Shown: positions 25,306 to 37,642, counted from the first letter of the whole stretch. The stretch is 63,981 bases of DNA, filler included, from Trypethelium eluteriae (GCA_051942245.1; 3 parts of 3 records of this genome joined end to end with filler, not necessarily neighbours in it); one strand, 5' to 3'. Translations and numbers: made by a program. Notes: a model not told the origin generated them from the sequence alone.

Positions 25306-25475
25306 CTGGGGCCCCGCATACCGCTATCGCTCTCCGGCCTTGCATGAACAGGGTCGCATGACCCACGTGAGGTGGAATAAATCATTCCGTCCATCTAGTC
25401 GTCTTCGTCAAGTACGGACTACCTACCTGGGTAGATAGCCATGAGTGGTATTACCCGCGCTGAGCCTTGTTAGCC
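25306..25475 (-). promoter_or_regulatory. Putative CreA and XlnR/AraR sites upstream of abfB
   Basis: Adjacent inverted SYGGRG pair CTGGGG|CCCCGC (25306-25317); CGGGTAAT on minus strand (25450-25457, fits CGGDTAAW); GGCTAA on minus strand (25470-25475). Confidence 0.45.
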
Positions 25476-26847
25476 AGGTTCTCGTCTCTGCACGCGGAGA
25501 CGAAGACGACGCGCTGCCACGGGACCGACAGTCACCGTCGCTGAACTGCTTAGCGCTTGCATACAGTAGCTACAAGGCTGAGATTGACTTCCCAATATCA
25601 TGGTGAGATCTGGAAGCCCAAAGTAACCCATTCTGATCGAGAGCTTAGAAGGTGAAGAGAGCTCGAAGGTGGCATCGTAGGTGGTGAGGTCTTGCTACGA
25701 CATGACAAACATTGCTCGTACCGAGGCGCGAAGGCGACAGCGCGATAGTAGAGTACTGGTCAAGGGGGAGTAGCCAAGGCCAAGAGCGTGAATGAGCAGA
25801 ACATATAATATCATTCATATAGAGATACGGAAGAATTCCAGGTGCATATGGGATTAGACTTGGGTGCCGTGGGTGCTTGCCTAAATCAAAGTATTGGTGA
25901 TTTTTCTTGCAGAAGGGCCTCGGCCTCAATCCAGGAACGGCCGGACATTACCCACCTGCAGGGCAGGTACTAGAGTACTAGGAGGTAGATACCATACCTT
26001 CCAAGGTTACTAGCAGGGCTTCCCCTCACGTGCCCCGCTCCTGTTCTCAAGTGCGCGTACCGTTGCGCACGGACCTTTTTGTACGAAAGCGGGACGACTT
26101 TGAAGTAGAACCCTACGAGCAATTTTCCCTCAACAAGACGTGGGCGATTTGATAGCGCTGATTTGAACGCTGCAGAAGATACAACACAGTACAGCATACT
26201 TCAGCTTTATGACATAGCATTCTGCGCGTAAATACCTTCAATCCAGTCCACTCTCTGTTGTTCCGTGGCCGGTGCGGAACAGCCCATCAGGAGAAGGGAT
26301 GGCAGAGGCGATGAGCCGGCCGATGCTGACGGGGACGCAGAGCTTTGGTGTTTGCAAAGGCGTATCTGCCTGGATTCACAACAGCTCTCGTTCCCATTTT
26401 GCATAAAGCTCTGAATTGTACCAAGCTATAATGCCATCAGCGAAGGAGACCCCTTTACCAATCCCTCAAACGCTTTCCTATAGCCACATCTATCATATTT
26501 CTCCTGTCCTTTCAGAGTGGAAACCTTGAGCAAGGATAGAGCTGAGAGTATGTCGCATACGATATACATGAAGCGTTCAGAGGGATATGAAATTTGGGAA
26601 TGCATTCATCGTTTAGCTTAATAGAATAAACAGGTTTTCTAGTGCTATCAAGCCACCTGAAACAGTTCTGAGAAACAAAGAAGCGGTTACAAAAGTGATT
26701 TCAAAGGTACTGCCGATCTGGTGCCACAAAACCTTTGTAAAGGAAAACGTCGTCAAGCGATCAAAGTGACATGATCGAATATCGCATACAATTTTTCGTC
26801 ACACCAACGGAAACTTACTTCACGCTTTTCAAGACGTTCGAAATACA

Positions 26848-27024
26848 ATGAGTATCAACGCCATCGTCTTTATCGTTGTTCTCGTCGTCTGCCTCGGTGG
26901 TGGCTTCGTGTGGTCGTGTTGCTTTAGCCACTGGTGCTGGTATGGATATCCGATATGGAAACGAGACTCCAGAAATGCAGAAGGGTCGGAGCCAGGCTCA
27001 AGCTTGGGGAGAATCGGGCAATGA
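26848..27024 (+). CDS. Putative 58-aa single-pass membrane microprotein (below ORF-track cutoff)
   Basis: MSINAIVFIVVLVVCLGGGFVWSCCFSHWCWYGYPIWKRDSRNAEGSEPGSSLGRIGQ*; ATG in ACAATG context; one ~20-aa hydrophobic helix. Confidence 0.45.
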   Translation: MSINAIVFIVVLVVCLGGGFVWSCCFSHWCWYGYPIWKRDSRNAEGSEPGSSLGRIGQ

Positions 27025-27811
27025 GCACGAGAACGATGCTGTGGAGGGAGGTAGTGCCGCTGGATTTGGTTAATGGAGGGTATTGGATGGTCATGCCTCG
27101 ACAACTCAACATGTCCACAGTAGGACAGTGCTAGTTTTGACAGCATCCTGAGTATTTGAGGTCCAGCATGGCTCTGACAGATTGAGTCAACATCCAATCT
27201 CAGTACGTTACAATAAACATTTTGGCTGAAGCCGTACGCAGCCTGTTTCGTGTCTGGTTTTCGTTACAGCATCAGAGAATTTGGATCCCTCCAGACTGCT
27301 TGAGTAAGTCGAGTAGTCCGATATTCTGGCAAAAGCATAGAAATGGGGCGAAGGATAGAGGTCTGGCACGTCGTACATCTAATCTTGGAGCGTCCTGCTA
27401 CTAAGGTGCACACTTCATGACTTGCTTATCAGCATGTGCTGATCTGAGAAAATGGGCATCTGTGCTTATGTGAATAATCAGTCACCTTCGGCGATGCTAT
27501 TTCGTGATCTCCCGGAGGGTTCAAAGACAAGAGTTGCGGCCGATATTTTCAACTTTCTCCAAGGGAGCTGCTATTTACATCCAGATAATCCTACGATATG
27601 AGTTCCCCCTAGTCGTTATCCAGAGATCGTGAGTATCCTATGTCTACGATATACTCTTCTATCGTTCCGACTCCTCCTGCTGTAAGAAGAAACGGAGGCT
27701 TGAAGGTGTGGAGAGAGCCGAGTGGAAGTTGTCCAGCTCGCGTTCCTCGATATTCAAAGAAGTTCTCGGTCGACATATTAAACATTCGTAGAGGGACAGA
27801 GACACAGCTGG

Positions 27812-30800
27812 CTATTCTGAATCAGATTCTTTGAAGCTGTGACCTAGATCGTGAATCCGTTCAGCATCGTATATGCACCGAAAACAAAGATCATAGTCAA
27901 CACAATCAATACATTCGTGCCTTGGCCCATGGAGATCCTGCGAAACGTGAATTCAGAAGGGTTTTAAGAAGGCTTCTTTTCTCTGAGGCTTACCATCGAG
28001 CATGCATCACACATGCGGCCGGGGTGCTCGTTCTCGGCAGGCTTGACTGGTAGATTAGAGGCACCTTCGAAATATAATTTCGGTCTCAGGTAGACATTGC
28101 CACACTGTATTGCAACATGCAATGGTGTTCTGCCGGACTTATCAGTCTTTTTCTTATCAGCTCCAGCTTGAAGAAGCTGCGTCACTGTATCGGCCTCGCC
28201 AGCCCTTGCTGCCCAATGCAAAGCGGTCCATTGATACGAATCTTGCTGGTCAATAACAGCACCGGCCTGAATAAGTGGATTGATACAATCTGAATATTCC
28301 AAGCAGATGGCCGCATGGTGCACTGCGGCCAGTCCTTGTCTGTCCACATTTGTGATCGAAGCTCCAAGTGACGTAAGGATGTTCACCACTTTATCCTCAC
28401 CCTGCCTTGCCATCACGTGTAGAACAGTCCTACCCATTTCGCCTGGCCTGTCAATATTTGCACCATAGTGGACCAGAAGTCGTATAATTTCGATTTTGCC
28501 CTGCTGACAAGCTGTTTCCAGCGCCGTCCCATAAAGCTTGCTACTTGACTCAGGATCGCTTCCTTTCTCCAAAAGCATTTTCACGAGACTCTCTTGGCCA
28601 GCATACACGGCCACATTCAATGCAGTACCAAGTTCACCAGAGACTTCAGTAAGGGGCGCCTCATGCAACGTCAAGAAATCGAGGATAAGACCTTGTCCGT
28701 AACATGCAGCCATGAACAGAGCATCCCGAAGGCCATTGACAGCATCTCCTATCTTCGTAAGAGCAAGCTCTGCCGGTTCATTGGACCGCAAAATAAGAGC
28801 TCGTTCCAGAAGCCTTTGAAGCAAGACTTTGCCAAGGACCTCGTTCTTGGATGCAGCATCAATAAGGTCTGAGGTGACACGGAGTTGCGGATCTCTTCTC
28901 AAAAATAGCTCAAAAAGTGATTGACCGCAGTAAAAATTCTTCAGACCAGCTGCAACAACGTCTGGGTCAATATTGAGTTCTTCAGGATATCGAGCGAGTA
29001 GACGTTCGACCATTTGAGTACCCCGGTATTCATTCTCGGCAGCCGTTTTCAATAATTGAGAATCGATCGAACCACTATAGTTCTTCAGCAGGAGTCCAAG
29101 TAATGAGGTCGGGGCCTCTTGGTTGCTTGCTGCTGTTTGCAAAGCACATTGCGAGACAGTCGTTTCTGGGAAGAGTGAGAGTATATACTGTACAACGAAT
29201 TTTCCGTCCCTTCGCTCGGCAGCCACTTCCACAAGCTTCTCACTGTCTACTGTGGGACCATGATACTTGGACAACATTTGATCAAGCTTCGAAGTGCTAA
29301 GCTCAGTCGAGAATTGCGAAGGCTCTGAGTCTGTTGATGCCGCGACCACAAGCGCCTGGGAACTGATATCTTCAGCACCTTCCACTACAGAGTTTCCTCC
29401 TGGATCGAGAGATCCTACTTTAGAAGCGGTTACCGTCGTTTCAAATGTTGCGGTATCCGAATGCTCGAGGAGAAGTTCGAGAGCAGTTGGATTCTGCTCT
29501 TGAATACTCATGGCCGTGTCTAGTAAAGGTTTCGATATCAGGCATCTGTCTTTTTGCGATAACAAGATCCTCAGTATTGCGTTGTTGGTGGTATAGGGCC
29601 TGATCGCGTCCTTCAGAAGCTCCTCGCTGACGGTGAAATGGCTTCGGTTTTGCTGGAAGTACTCCACGAATTCAGCGTTGTCCCCTTCCACGGCGGCATG
29701 AAGCACATTCTGAGTAAATACGCTGTGAGATCCCTTAGAGTGCTTAAGGAGAAGCTCGACGGTCCTTATTCCATTCCGACCATGCTTCACGGCAGCCATT
29801 AAGACCTTTTCCGTAACTGGGAGAGACCCCCACTCTTTGGCGAGGATACGGACGAGTCGCAAATCATCAGGAACCTCACCAGATAGTGCCTGCAACAATA
29901 TGTCTTCGGTAGCTGGGAGCTCGAATCCTTCTTTGATTTGAAGAAGCAGCCTTAAAACATCGCTCGCCGCACTGAAATTGGTAAGTGATGCGCACACCAC
30001 TTCTTTGGAGATAGGGAACGCTCTTGGCAATGCAAGCACTTGTTTCACCTCCGAGGCATTCCTATTGGCAGCACAAGCTCTGAGGTAAGCTTCTGTAACA
30101 CATACAGATGCAAATTTTGCCATGACCGTTACGAGTAAGTTTTCCTCTCCGGACCAAGTTTCCGTCATAATGTAGAGACTCTCTTCTTGCAAATGCGGGC
30201 ACTCCGGACTCGCAGTCAAAATGTTGAACGAGTCAATTGCCTCCCAGCGATTAAGCATCGCACTTTGGAGGACTTGCTGGCTATATTCGTGCTCAAGTGC
30301 TTGATTAAGAAGAAGCTCCAGGATGGCCGGGCCAACGGTTATGTTCTTAGCCGCAGCAGCAAGAATGTCCTCAGTGATACGGTCGAGCCTGCAATATGGT
30401 AATAGTATCTCTAGACACTCGGCCGTTCTCGTCCTGCCCAGAAGAGCAATGAGATATATCATTTCCTCAGATATCTCACAACGTTCGGGCTGCTTCAATA
30501 GAAGCCGAAGGACGGCTTCTTTTGAGGTTGTTTTTTCGTCTGTCAGAAGCACTGCGCCGATGATACATGCATTGGATATACGTGGAGCTTTGCACTTTGA
30601 AATGATTATCTCTGTTAGTTCAGGGTTGATGAAGGGATTCCGAGCCGCCGCTAGTATTAGAGAATCAGTAAATTGATTCAACGCCACGTGCGGCATAACG
30701 ACGTCAAGCGTTTCGAAGGAAGCGCAAGATACAAGAAATCGGCTGAGGGTCTCTTCATCCAACTTTCCCCCATCTCTCAACAGAGACGCTACCATCTCTT

Positions 30801-33564
30801 CAGAGTATCGAGGGTTCCGGGCTGCTACAGCAAGCACTTCTGCAATAGGGGCCTGTAGGATATGGTCCCGTGCAAATTTCCAAACCTCAACGACACTACT
30901 TTGTGCCGCTGCTGATAACCACCTATCTTCCCGGATCGATGATTTTTGATTCGATACAGCAGTGGTGTACAATAGCACCATGGTCTTGTAATGCCCGTAA
31001 CGTGCAGCGACTTCGAGCGGTCTATCGCCATAGAAACTCTCGGCGTAAAGAGCACTACCACTCTCCGCAAGTATCTTCTCGGCGAAATCACCAAAACCAT
31101 ATACGCACGCCATGAATAACGGCTGTGCAGGCTGAGATTGGGACCTCCTCCGCTCATCACAAGTCCCTGGAGCTGTTTCGACATCAGTCTGAAAACAATC
31201 TTGGTTCCATCGCTCAAAAGCCCTGTTGGACTCAGTACCAAGAAGAAACTTTTCCATCAAGTTTCGTAGTTTCGGATCCGTCTGCCTTAGCTCTTGTGAT
31301 TTCAGACAATGTCTGCCTAGGTGTGTGAGGGCGTACCAGAGGAAAGAACGTCTGAAGTTGGGATCGAGGTAAGCCTTTAGGCAAGCTTCGGCTGCAGCAA
31401 CATGTGCATTTTTCTCATTGAATTCATCCTGTTTTTCCAAATATTCTCGAACAGACAAATGTGCAAAGGCGAAGCAACCACGTTCGACTTCCATAATGAT
31501 CAGTCCTCTACCCATTTGCAAGATCTTGGCCTTATTCAAGTCTTCTTGTCTATAGTCAGACAATAACTGCAACGCGCCAACCGTATCATCAACGTCCATT
31601 GGACACTCAGCACATATGAGCAGCTTGAGTGCATTTTTTATGGTGTTGCGAGTTGGTAGAGGATACAATCGATCCAGATCGGTTATCATTCGAGCATATG
31701 ATTCTTCAAGGTTCGCCGGGAGACTTTCCAGCAACGCCTCGAGATCGGCTTCGGTAAATACCCTCTCCGGATCGCATAAGGCATCAATTTGGAGAGTCAC
31801 CCAGCGAAAGACCCCTGAAGCCTTACTGATCAAATTCTCCGCAGCTTTATCCTTGATTTTCCTTCTAGCCTTGCCATTGAGAAGGCGTTGATCTATATTT
31901 TGTTGCACATACTTCATGATATCCCTTTCGTTGTCGGTTGCAGTAATAGAAAGATTCGGAATCTTAGAGAAATGGCTTTCAATGTCTGGATCGTTCCGGC
32001 TTGAAACAAGGGTCTTCACGACTGTCTTATGGTTATATGTGAGTTTAGATAGCGTTTCGAGGAGAAGCGAACGATCGCTAACTTTGCATTCATCTAGAGC
32101 GTCAATCATTAGCGTGACATGCTCATAATGGTCCTGAATGAGTTCGGTCAAAAGAGACACTATCTCTTCCATGGACAGATTTGCTTCAAGACTCCCCTTT
32201 GCCGTTTCTCTTTCATATATTGATACAACTGGGGGCTTTATTGGGAGACCAGGAAGTGTTGCTGCAATTTGTCGGACGATAGACAAGAGAATCGATCTTG
32301 GCTCCTGCTGTCTGACGTCGCTCGTCGTTCTTGAACAATAGAAATAAGCCAAACATTCTTTGCTGTCCAATCCTTGCTCTTCCAGGTTTGCCTCAATGGT
32401 ACAGGACATAAGACAGGTCTTTCCGGTTCCCGCGTTACCACGGAGCCATAGTAACGATGAATTGCTGTCTTCAGCCCACTGTTTAAATTCCCTTCTATCC
32501 AGGAACCAGTTTCCCGTCTCTTTAAGTACTCTGCTTTTCATTTCACGATGATGAGAGTAATAATCGATCTTCGAGAGCCAGTCGCATATCTTCACACGCT
32601 TTTCACTCTCGAGATGGTCTTCGTAAGTACTAAGTATTTGCCGGACTTGAACATACTGTTGATACGAAGAATCCTTGATGCTCATAGCCTCATACCTCAA
32701 GACTTCTGCTTCCTTGTGCTTTATGTCATTCAGGTGCCGTTCGAAATGGTCCGAGAAACTGATGCTATCGAGGATCTTCTTTCCGAGAGAGCGCTCAAGA
32801 TACAGACTAACTTCCACGAGGCACATGAACACGGCCGAATAAAGTTCTTTCAAAGCGGCTCTGAGTCGGAATTTGAGCGGCTCTTGTAATGTAGATTCGT
32901 CATGCAAATAAACACGTTCGAACGCTTGATACCTACAAATGAGCTTGGATAGCTGAGCAACCCCTTCAAGTACTTCAACTTGTATTCTCTGGTTGTGTGC
33001 AGATACAACCAGAATGGCCCTGATTCCAGCCCAGGGCAGTCCGATATGGATAGGATCCACTTGCGCCAGGATATTTCCGATGGTCATGAACTTTTGCGTC
33101 CATCTCACTATTTCATCGTAGGCATGCCAGAGTCTCCGTACCACCGATCCGTTCGGACCTCTCTCAAGAGCTGAAAGCCGCTTCTCTGAAGTGTTTAACA
33201 CCTGTATGCAGACACGCAGCTCTGGGGAAACATGCATCTCCATGTCCGCCTCCATTCCACTTGAGAGCGATGAATTTCTAGTCTCGTCCCGCAGACGTTT
33301 GGCAACGGACCGTACTTCGGATAACGTTGACGGTTTGATGAAGTCGCTGTAGACTTCACCCCACAGACTAGAATCGGCATTATTTATAGATTCTTCATTA
33401 CCCGGTGGCTGGCCCAACGCTGCCAACGATTTCCCATCCATTCCAGCAACAGGAGAGTTAGCCTGATTTGGCGGATGCTGTCTGGAAGAGAAATCTTCGT
33501 CTGGCGGAGCTTGGCCTTTGAAAAGCCGACGAAGCAGTCGTCGCGATTTCTCCGCAACAGCCAT
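27812..33564 (-). CDS. Fungal NLR-type STAND protein: N-terminal helical domain, NACHT, ~32-aa helical repeat array, ankyrin repeats, ZZ zinc finger (~1898 aa)
   Basis: LWGEVY and DPIHIGLPWAGIR N-terminal motifs; WLS..R..ETGNWF; Walker A GNAGTGKT; Walker B LMIDALDEC; GVFRWV; FAHLSVREYL; ankyrins GTAL/GRTVLH/WTALH/GRTPLH. Intron 27938-27993 joins CDACSM to DLHGPRHECIDCVDYDLCFRC..H...H (ZZ). Confidence 0.92.
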
Positions 33565-34234
33565 AGCGGGCCTTTTTGAAGTTTTTCAGTACAACCAATG
33601 CTGAAGTATATGAAAAGTGATATCTCAGAATTTCGTGTTGATATCTGCTGTTATATTTGTGGCGCATGTTTGAGCCTATGAGGAATTCACAAGTATCTTT
33701 GATGAGTCGATTTTCGCAGAGGGTCTTGTAGTCGAAGATATTCTCCGCAGGGATCGGAAACATAGCTGCATGAAATAATGAATACATAAAGCTGGATGTG
33801 GATTGTATAGCATAATTATCTGCATAAGATCTGGATCTGGCTAGTTAGGCTTAATACTTGCTGCATAGGTCAGATGTTGGCTGATATGAGTCTAATTTAC
33901 GCCCTTTTTATCCCTGCTGAGGTCCCTCGCCTCTCCTCTTCATAGGTCCCGTGACAAGAAAGCTGTAGATCAAACCTAATTAGGCCAGTATTGGCCTTAG
34001 TTTCGCAGGTATCAAGCATAATTAGCCAAATATAGATATCATGCGCATAATTATGCTATCCAATTCAATCCAAAATATCCAAGATATGGGATAGTCTATT
34101 CCATACTCAACTAGGTGTGTTTCCGAACCCTGACGCCAGCGCAAGGGATACCACATACTAGGAAGAGACGGACCGCGTTCGGGATAGAATAGGATAGCAT
34201 ACTTATTCAGTATCATGCTGTTCCTAGACTCTTT

Positions 34235-36241
34235 CTACACTATTCCGCAATCCCTCATGGATTGTTGGAGAAAGCTTTGCGCCACTGACGCTTGTATTTC
34301 ATTGAAAACACCCATATCCGTGACATTTCCATAAAGGACATATAAATCTGAGTATTCCCTGAGAACGCTTTGAAACTTTCTGGCGAAGAAATATTTGCCT
34401 GCGTCAATGTCATTTGATGAAGCCGTATAGTCCGGGAAGTATTTATTGATTGGACTCTTTCCGGAAAGAATCTTTTCACGAAACTCGTCGACGCCAGTGA
34501 AGAGAATGATAGGCACGGATCTGGCAAAGTATGTAGATTTGACAATGGACTCGAAAAGCACGAGTCCCTCATTCAAACGACTCTGAAATAGTCAGTTTTC
34601 ATATTGTAGAGCCCCTTCCACCTAACACGCTTACTTTACCCGAGTCTTTGAGATGCGGCTCGTCGAAACTACTGAGCGCCACTAAGAAGAGTGTGAACTG
34701 TGTATTACCAAGGACGTGTATCCATTTCTTGCGTTCCGAGTGTTGTCCTCTTGCATTGATAAAGTGGAATGACTGATTTTTCATTTCCACAACAGTGTCA
34801 GTTACGCCAGTTGGTAATGAGCTTGTACGCAAAATGTCTTCATCGGTAGGAAGGTAGTCTGGGGCAAGAAAGCGATCAACATTGGTGAAACAGCTGCATA
34901 TCGTTAGAGTGAGAACACTGAGGAAGCGGGGCATGCGGGCATATGATGTACTGAATAAGGCAATCACGTAGGGCATATTCTTGCCAGTCGAATATGGCAC
35001 ATCGAAACCACTTGTCGGCCCATAAACTCTCGAACATTTGACAAGAACCTTCAGGTAGAGGGTTCGCAGATTGGATATCGAAGTTACGAGCGATATAATC
35101 AGCATAGACCTGTATTCCATGTTTCATTAGCAGTTTTGAAAACGGAGATATAGGAACTTGCCTACGGGGTTTAACTCATTCTCAAATTCCATCTCCTTCT
35201 CCATCATGAGGTCCAAAGCCGCTTTAAAGGCCTTGAGTAAGTTGACAAAGATGACGTATCGGTAATGTCTTCTCTCGCTTGAAGAGATACCGCCCTTTAA
35301 GAGCTGCAGGTTTCTAATAAATACAGAGATGTCGCTCTCGTGGAGACCTATTGTTGTAAAGTAAGCTTTGCCACTCCAGTCCGCTCGATACCAAGATCAC
35401 GCACTAAAAATGTGAATGCTAACATCTCGTTGTTTCTTTTTGTCAAGCGCGATTTGTTTCTCGATAGCTCCATTCTCTCGCAAAGCACTCTGACGGCCAA
35501 CAGATTCATTGTCGGATTGTTGGTCTCGAAGCGCAGTCTTGAGAGAGCCCCGGAGAAATTGTTCGTATACCTTGGAGCCGAAAAGCTCGCTGTCGAACGT
35601 AAACTTCATAGAAAGTTTTGACCAAGAATCGGTACAGCGGCTGAAGAGTGAGTCTTTATCGCGGTGGACAACAAGTGACGCAGAGTCGTTGGATACTTTT
35701 TTTAACATCTTGCGCGTACTGGATTTCTCGAGAAAGATTTTCTGTTCCAATGCCATGTCGCTATGCTGATTAGCTTTTGACGAGGAAATTTATTTATAAA
35801 TACTCACAAACTACACGCATTCAGAAGTAAGTTCAGGGCGTTTAGTTGGCGTTCTAGCATCTTTTGTAAATCATCCATACTTCTGATCCCAAGTAAAAGT
35901 CTCGCCTTAGTAGATACGTCCAGTATACTGTTCGACTTCTGTTGTAATTCAGAGAGAAAATTGTCAATTTTTCCGACAATAATGTTACAGCAAGTCCACG
36001 AACTATCCAAATCCATGATCAATTGATGGTGTGGTTCAACTAGACCCTTTTCAGTACATTCTTTAATCTTGGTTAAGGCGGCCTTAAGAGCGACGAGCTG
36101 CGTAGCAAGGTTAAGGAATATCAGATCGGCGTCCTTCCACTGGCTCCGCAGATTGTGAGCAATCAGAATAGATTTACTAAGAACGTCGATAATTCCCATG
36201 AATGAGGCCGCGGCGCCAAAAACTGTTAAAGGGTCGGCCAT
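34235..36241 (-). CDS. HeLo-like (fungal STAND N-terminal-type) domain fused to a degenerate heterotrimeric G-alpha domain (~578 aa, 6 exons)
   Basis: N-terminus MADPLTVFGAAASFMGIIDVLSKSI...LNALNLLLNAC; linker KFTFDSELFGSKVY; G-alpha landmarks ENGAIEKQIALDKK, ESLWADK, DRFLAPDYLPTDEDILR, GQHSERKKWIH, LFLVALSSFD, EGLVLFESI, FFARKF. GT-AG introns 35761-35807, 35348-35404, 35110-35165, 34894-34951 and 34583-34634 give an open frame. Confidence 0.88.
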
Positions 36242-37642
36242 ATTCCAAAGGAATGCACAATCTGGCGACCGAGCATGTATGAATGATGAGACAGGAAGTA
36301 TGCAGTTGTGAACACATGCAGACGGATGCGAGATTTCACTGTCTTGGTGGTTGGGATTAAATCATTCAAGGGAAGGGCGAGATGTCTCAGCCAAGCGTGC
36401 CAAGCTTGAAGCGACTCAGACTCTGAAGTAGAATGAAGAACGCTCGGAGCAGCGCTGCCCGCTGCGCCCTGCTTTTCTATGAGTGCTGGTCAGTGTTGAG
36501 AAGCGCTGATTACGCCTGTGGCTGGGCTATGAAGCGAACCAATCATATAGTGTAACTCGCAGTCTTCATTTTAGAGTCTAGGCTAAACTACACTTGCTCC
36601 AGCTTTGCTACCTACCCAGGTAGAGATGAGAGGGGCGTGCAGTTACGATCAAGTGCCTCAAAGTCTTTATGGAGGTTTTAAATACCATACCACTCATCAA
36701 CCAGTTAGTAAAGTTATGATCAAGTACAAGCAATGCCACCTGCCCTGCTTGAAGCTTTAAGCAGTCTTTGTGAGAAAGACCCCTCCCGAAGGAGGGTGGA
36801 GGAGGGAGGCTGTCAGCAAGGATGCGGGCTAGTACGCCAATTTGTGTCCTGGTGTATGTCCACAATTACACACCTCCAGTCCCTAGATATGAACTTTGAT
36901 GTTGGTGTACTGCTTTGTAGTAGCGGCGAAACATTCACTCCAAAAGGAGAGCCTAGTTATCAAGACTCAGGCCTATAATTGGAATCTGCATGTACACAAC
37001 GCGCTTCATATACTACATGTATAGGAAAATGACAGAATGAATAATTAGGAAGATGCATAAAAGCTGTCCGCGGATGCCATCTCTCTTTCATACGACCAAG
37101 GAGCGTTCCGGTCAGGTTCTGAGCTGCCAGACAATTGGCCGTCCTCACAATGCAGCCTCTGACGCACGAAGCTAGGTCGATTTATTCTGCAAATTTCGAG
37201 GCTCACTTCGATTCGCACTGAGATTGGCTCTATGATTGGAATATACCACTCTGATTACATGGGATTCCGAATGATGAACGGACTGGAGTTCGGCGTCTCT
37301 GTGACAAAGTATATCTTAGCATTCGGCCGCATTGAGCGAACAACTTCGCGGTATGGCTCGCAGGCCGTAACTCAGATGCCAGCTATATGTTCGCGTTCGA
37401 CGGCCGCAAGGTGTCTGTCCCCCCAAGTACCGTGGGCTCTCGTACTAGAAGTCCCTTTGAAGGCGAGAATTTACGGAGCACCTTCGCCACTACGCACACA
37501 TGTCTGAGGGCTTGCATCGAGTGGACGACACGAGTAGCGGTATTCTCGACGACAGAAAATTGAGCCCATACATTGATGGTATCTTGGAGTATCGTACAAA
37601 TCGCGCGAACGAAATTCGAGAGAATGACTCGGTATCGAGGTT

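Noticed and set aside
25500..26500. Possible pseudogene or transposon relic upstream of abfB
   Set aside because: The frames I translated gave no recognisable domain, and no terminal repeats were found.
33340..33564. Amyloid signalling motif at the NLR N-terminus
   Set aside because: No HET-s-like, PP/RHIM-like or sigma-like G/N/Q pattern is visible, and no matching motif appears in the neighbouring protein.
33565..34234. G-alpha fusion and NLR being one long gene
   Set aside because: The G-alpha ends in a typical C-terminus (MRDCGIV*), the NLR has its own ATG, and no convincing bridging splice sites were seen.
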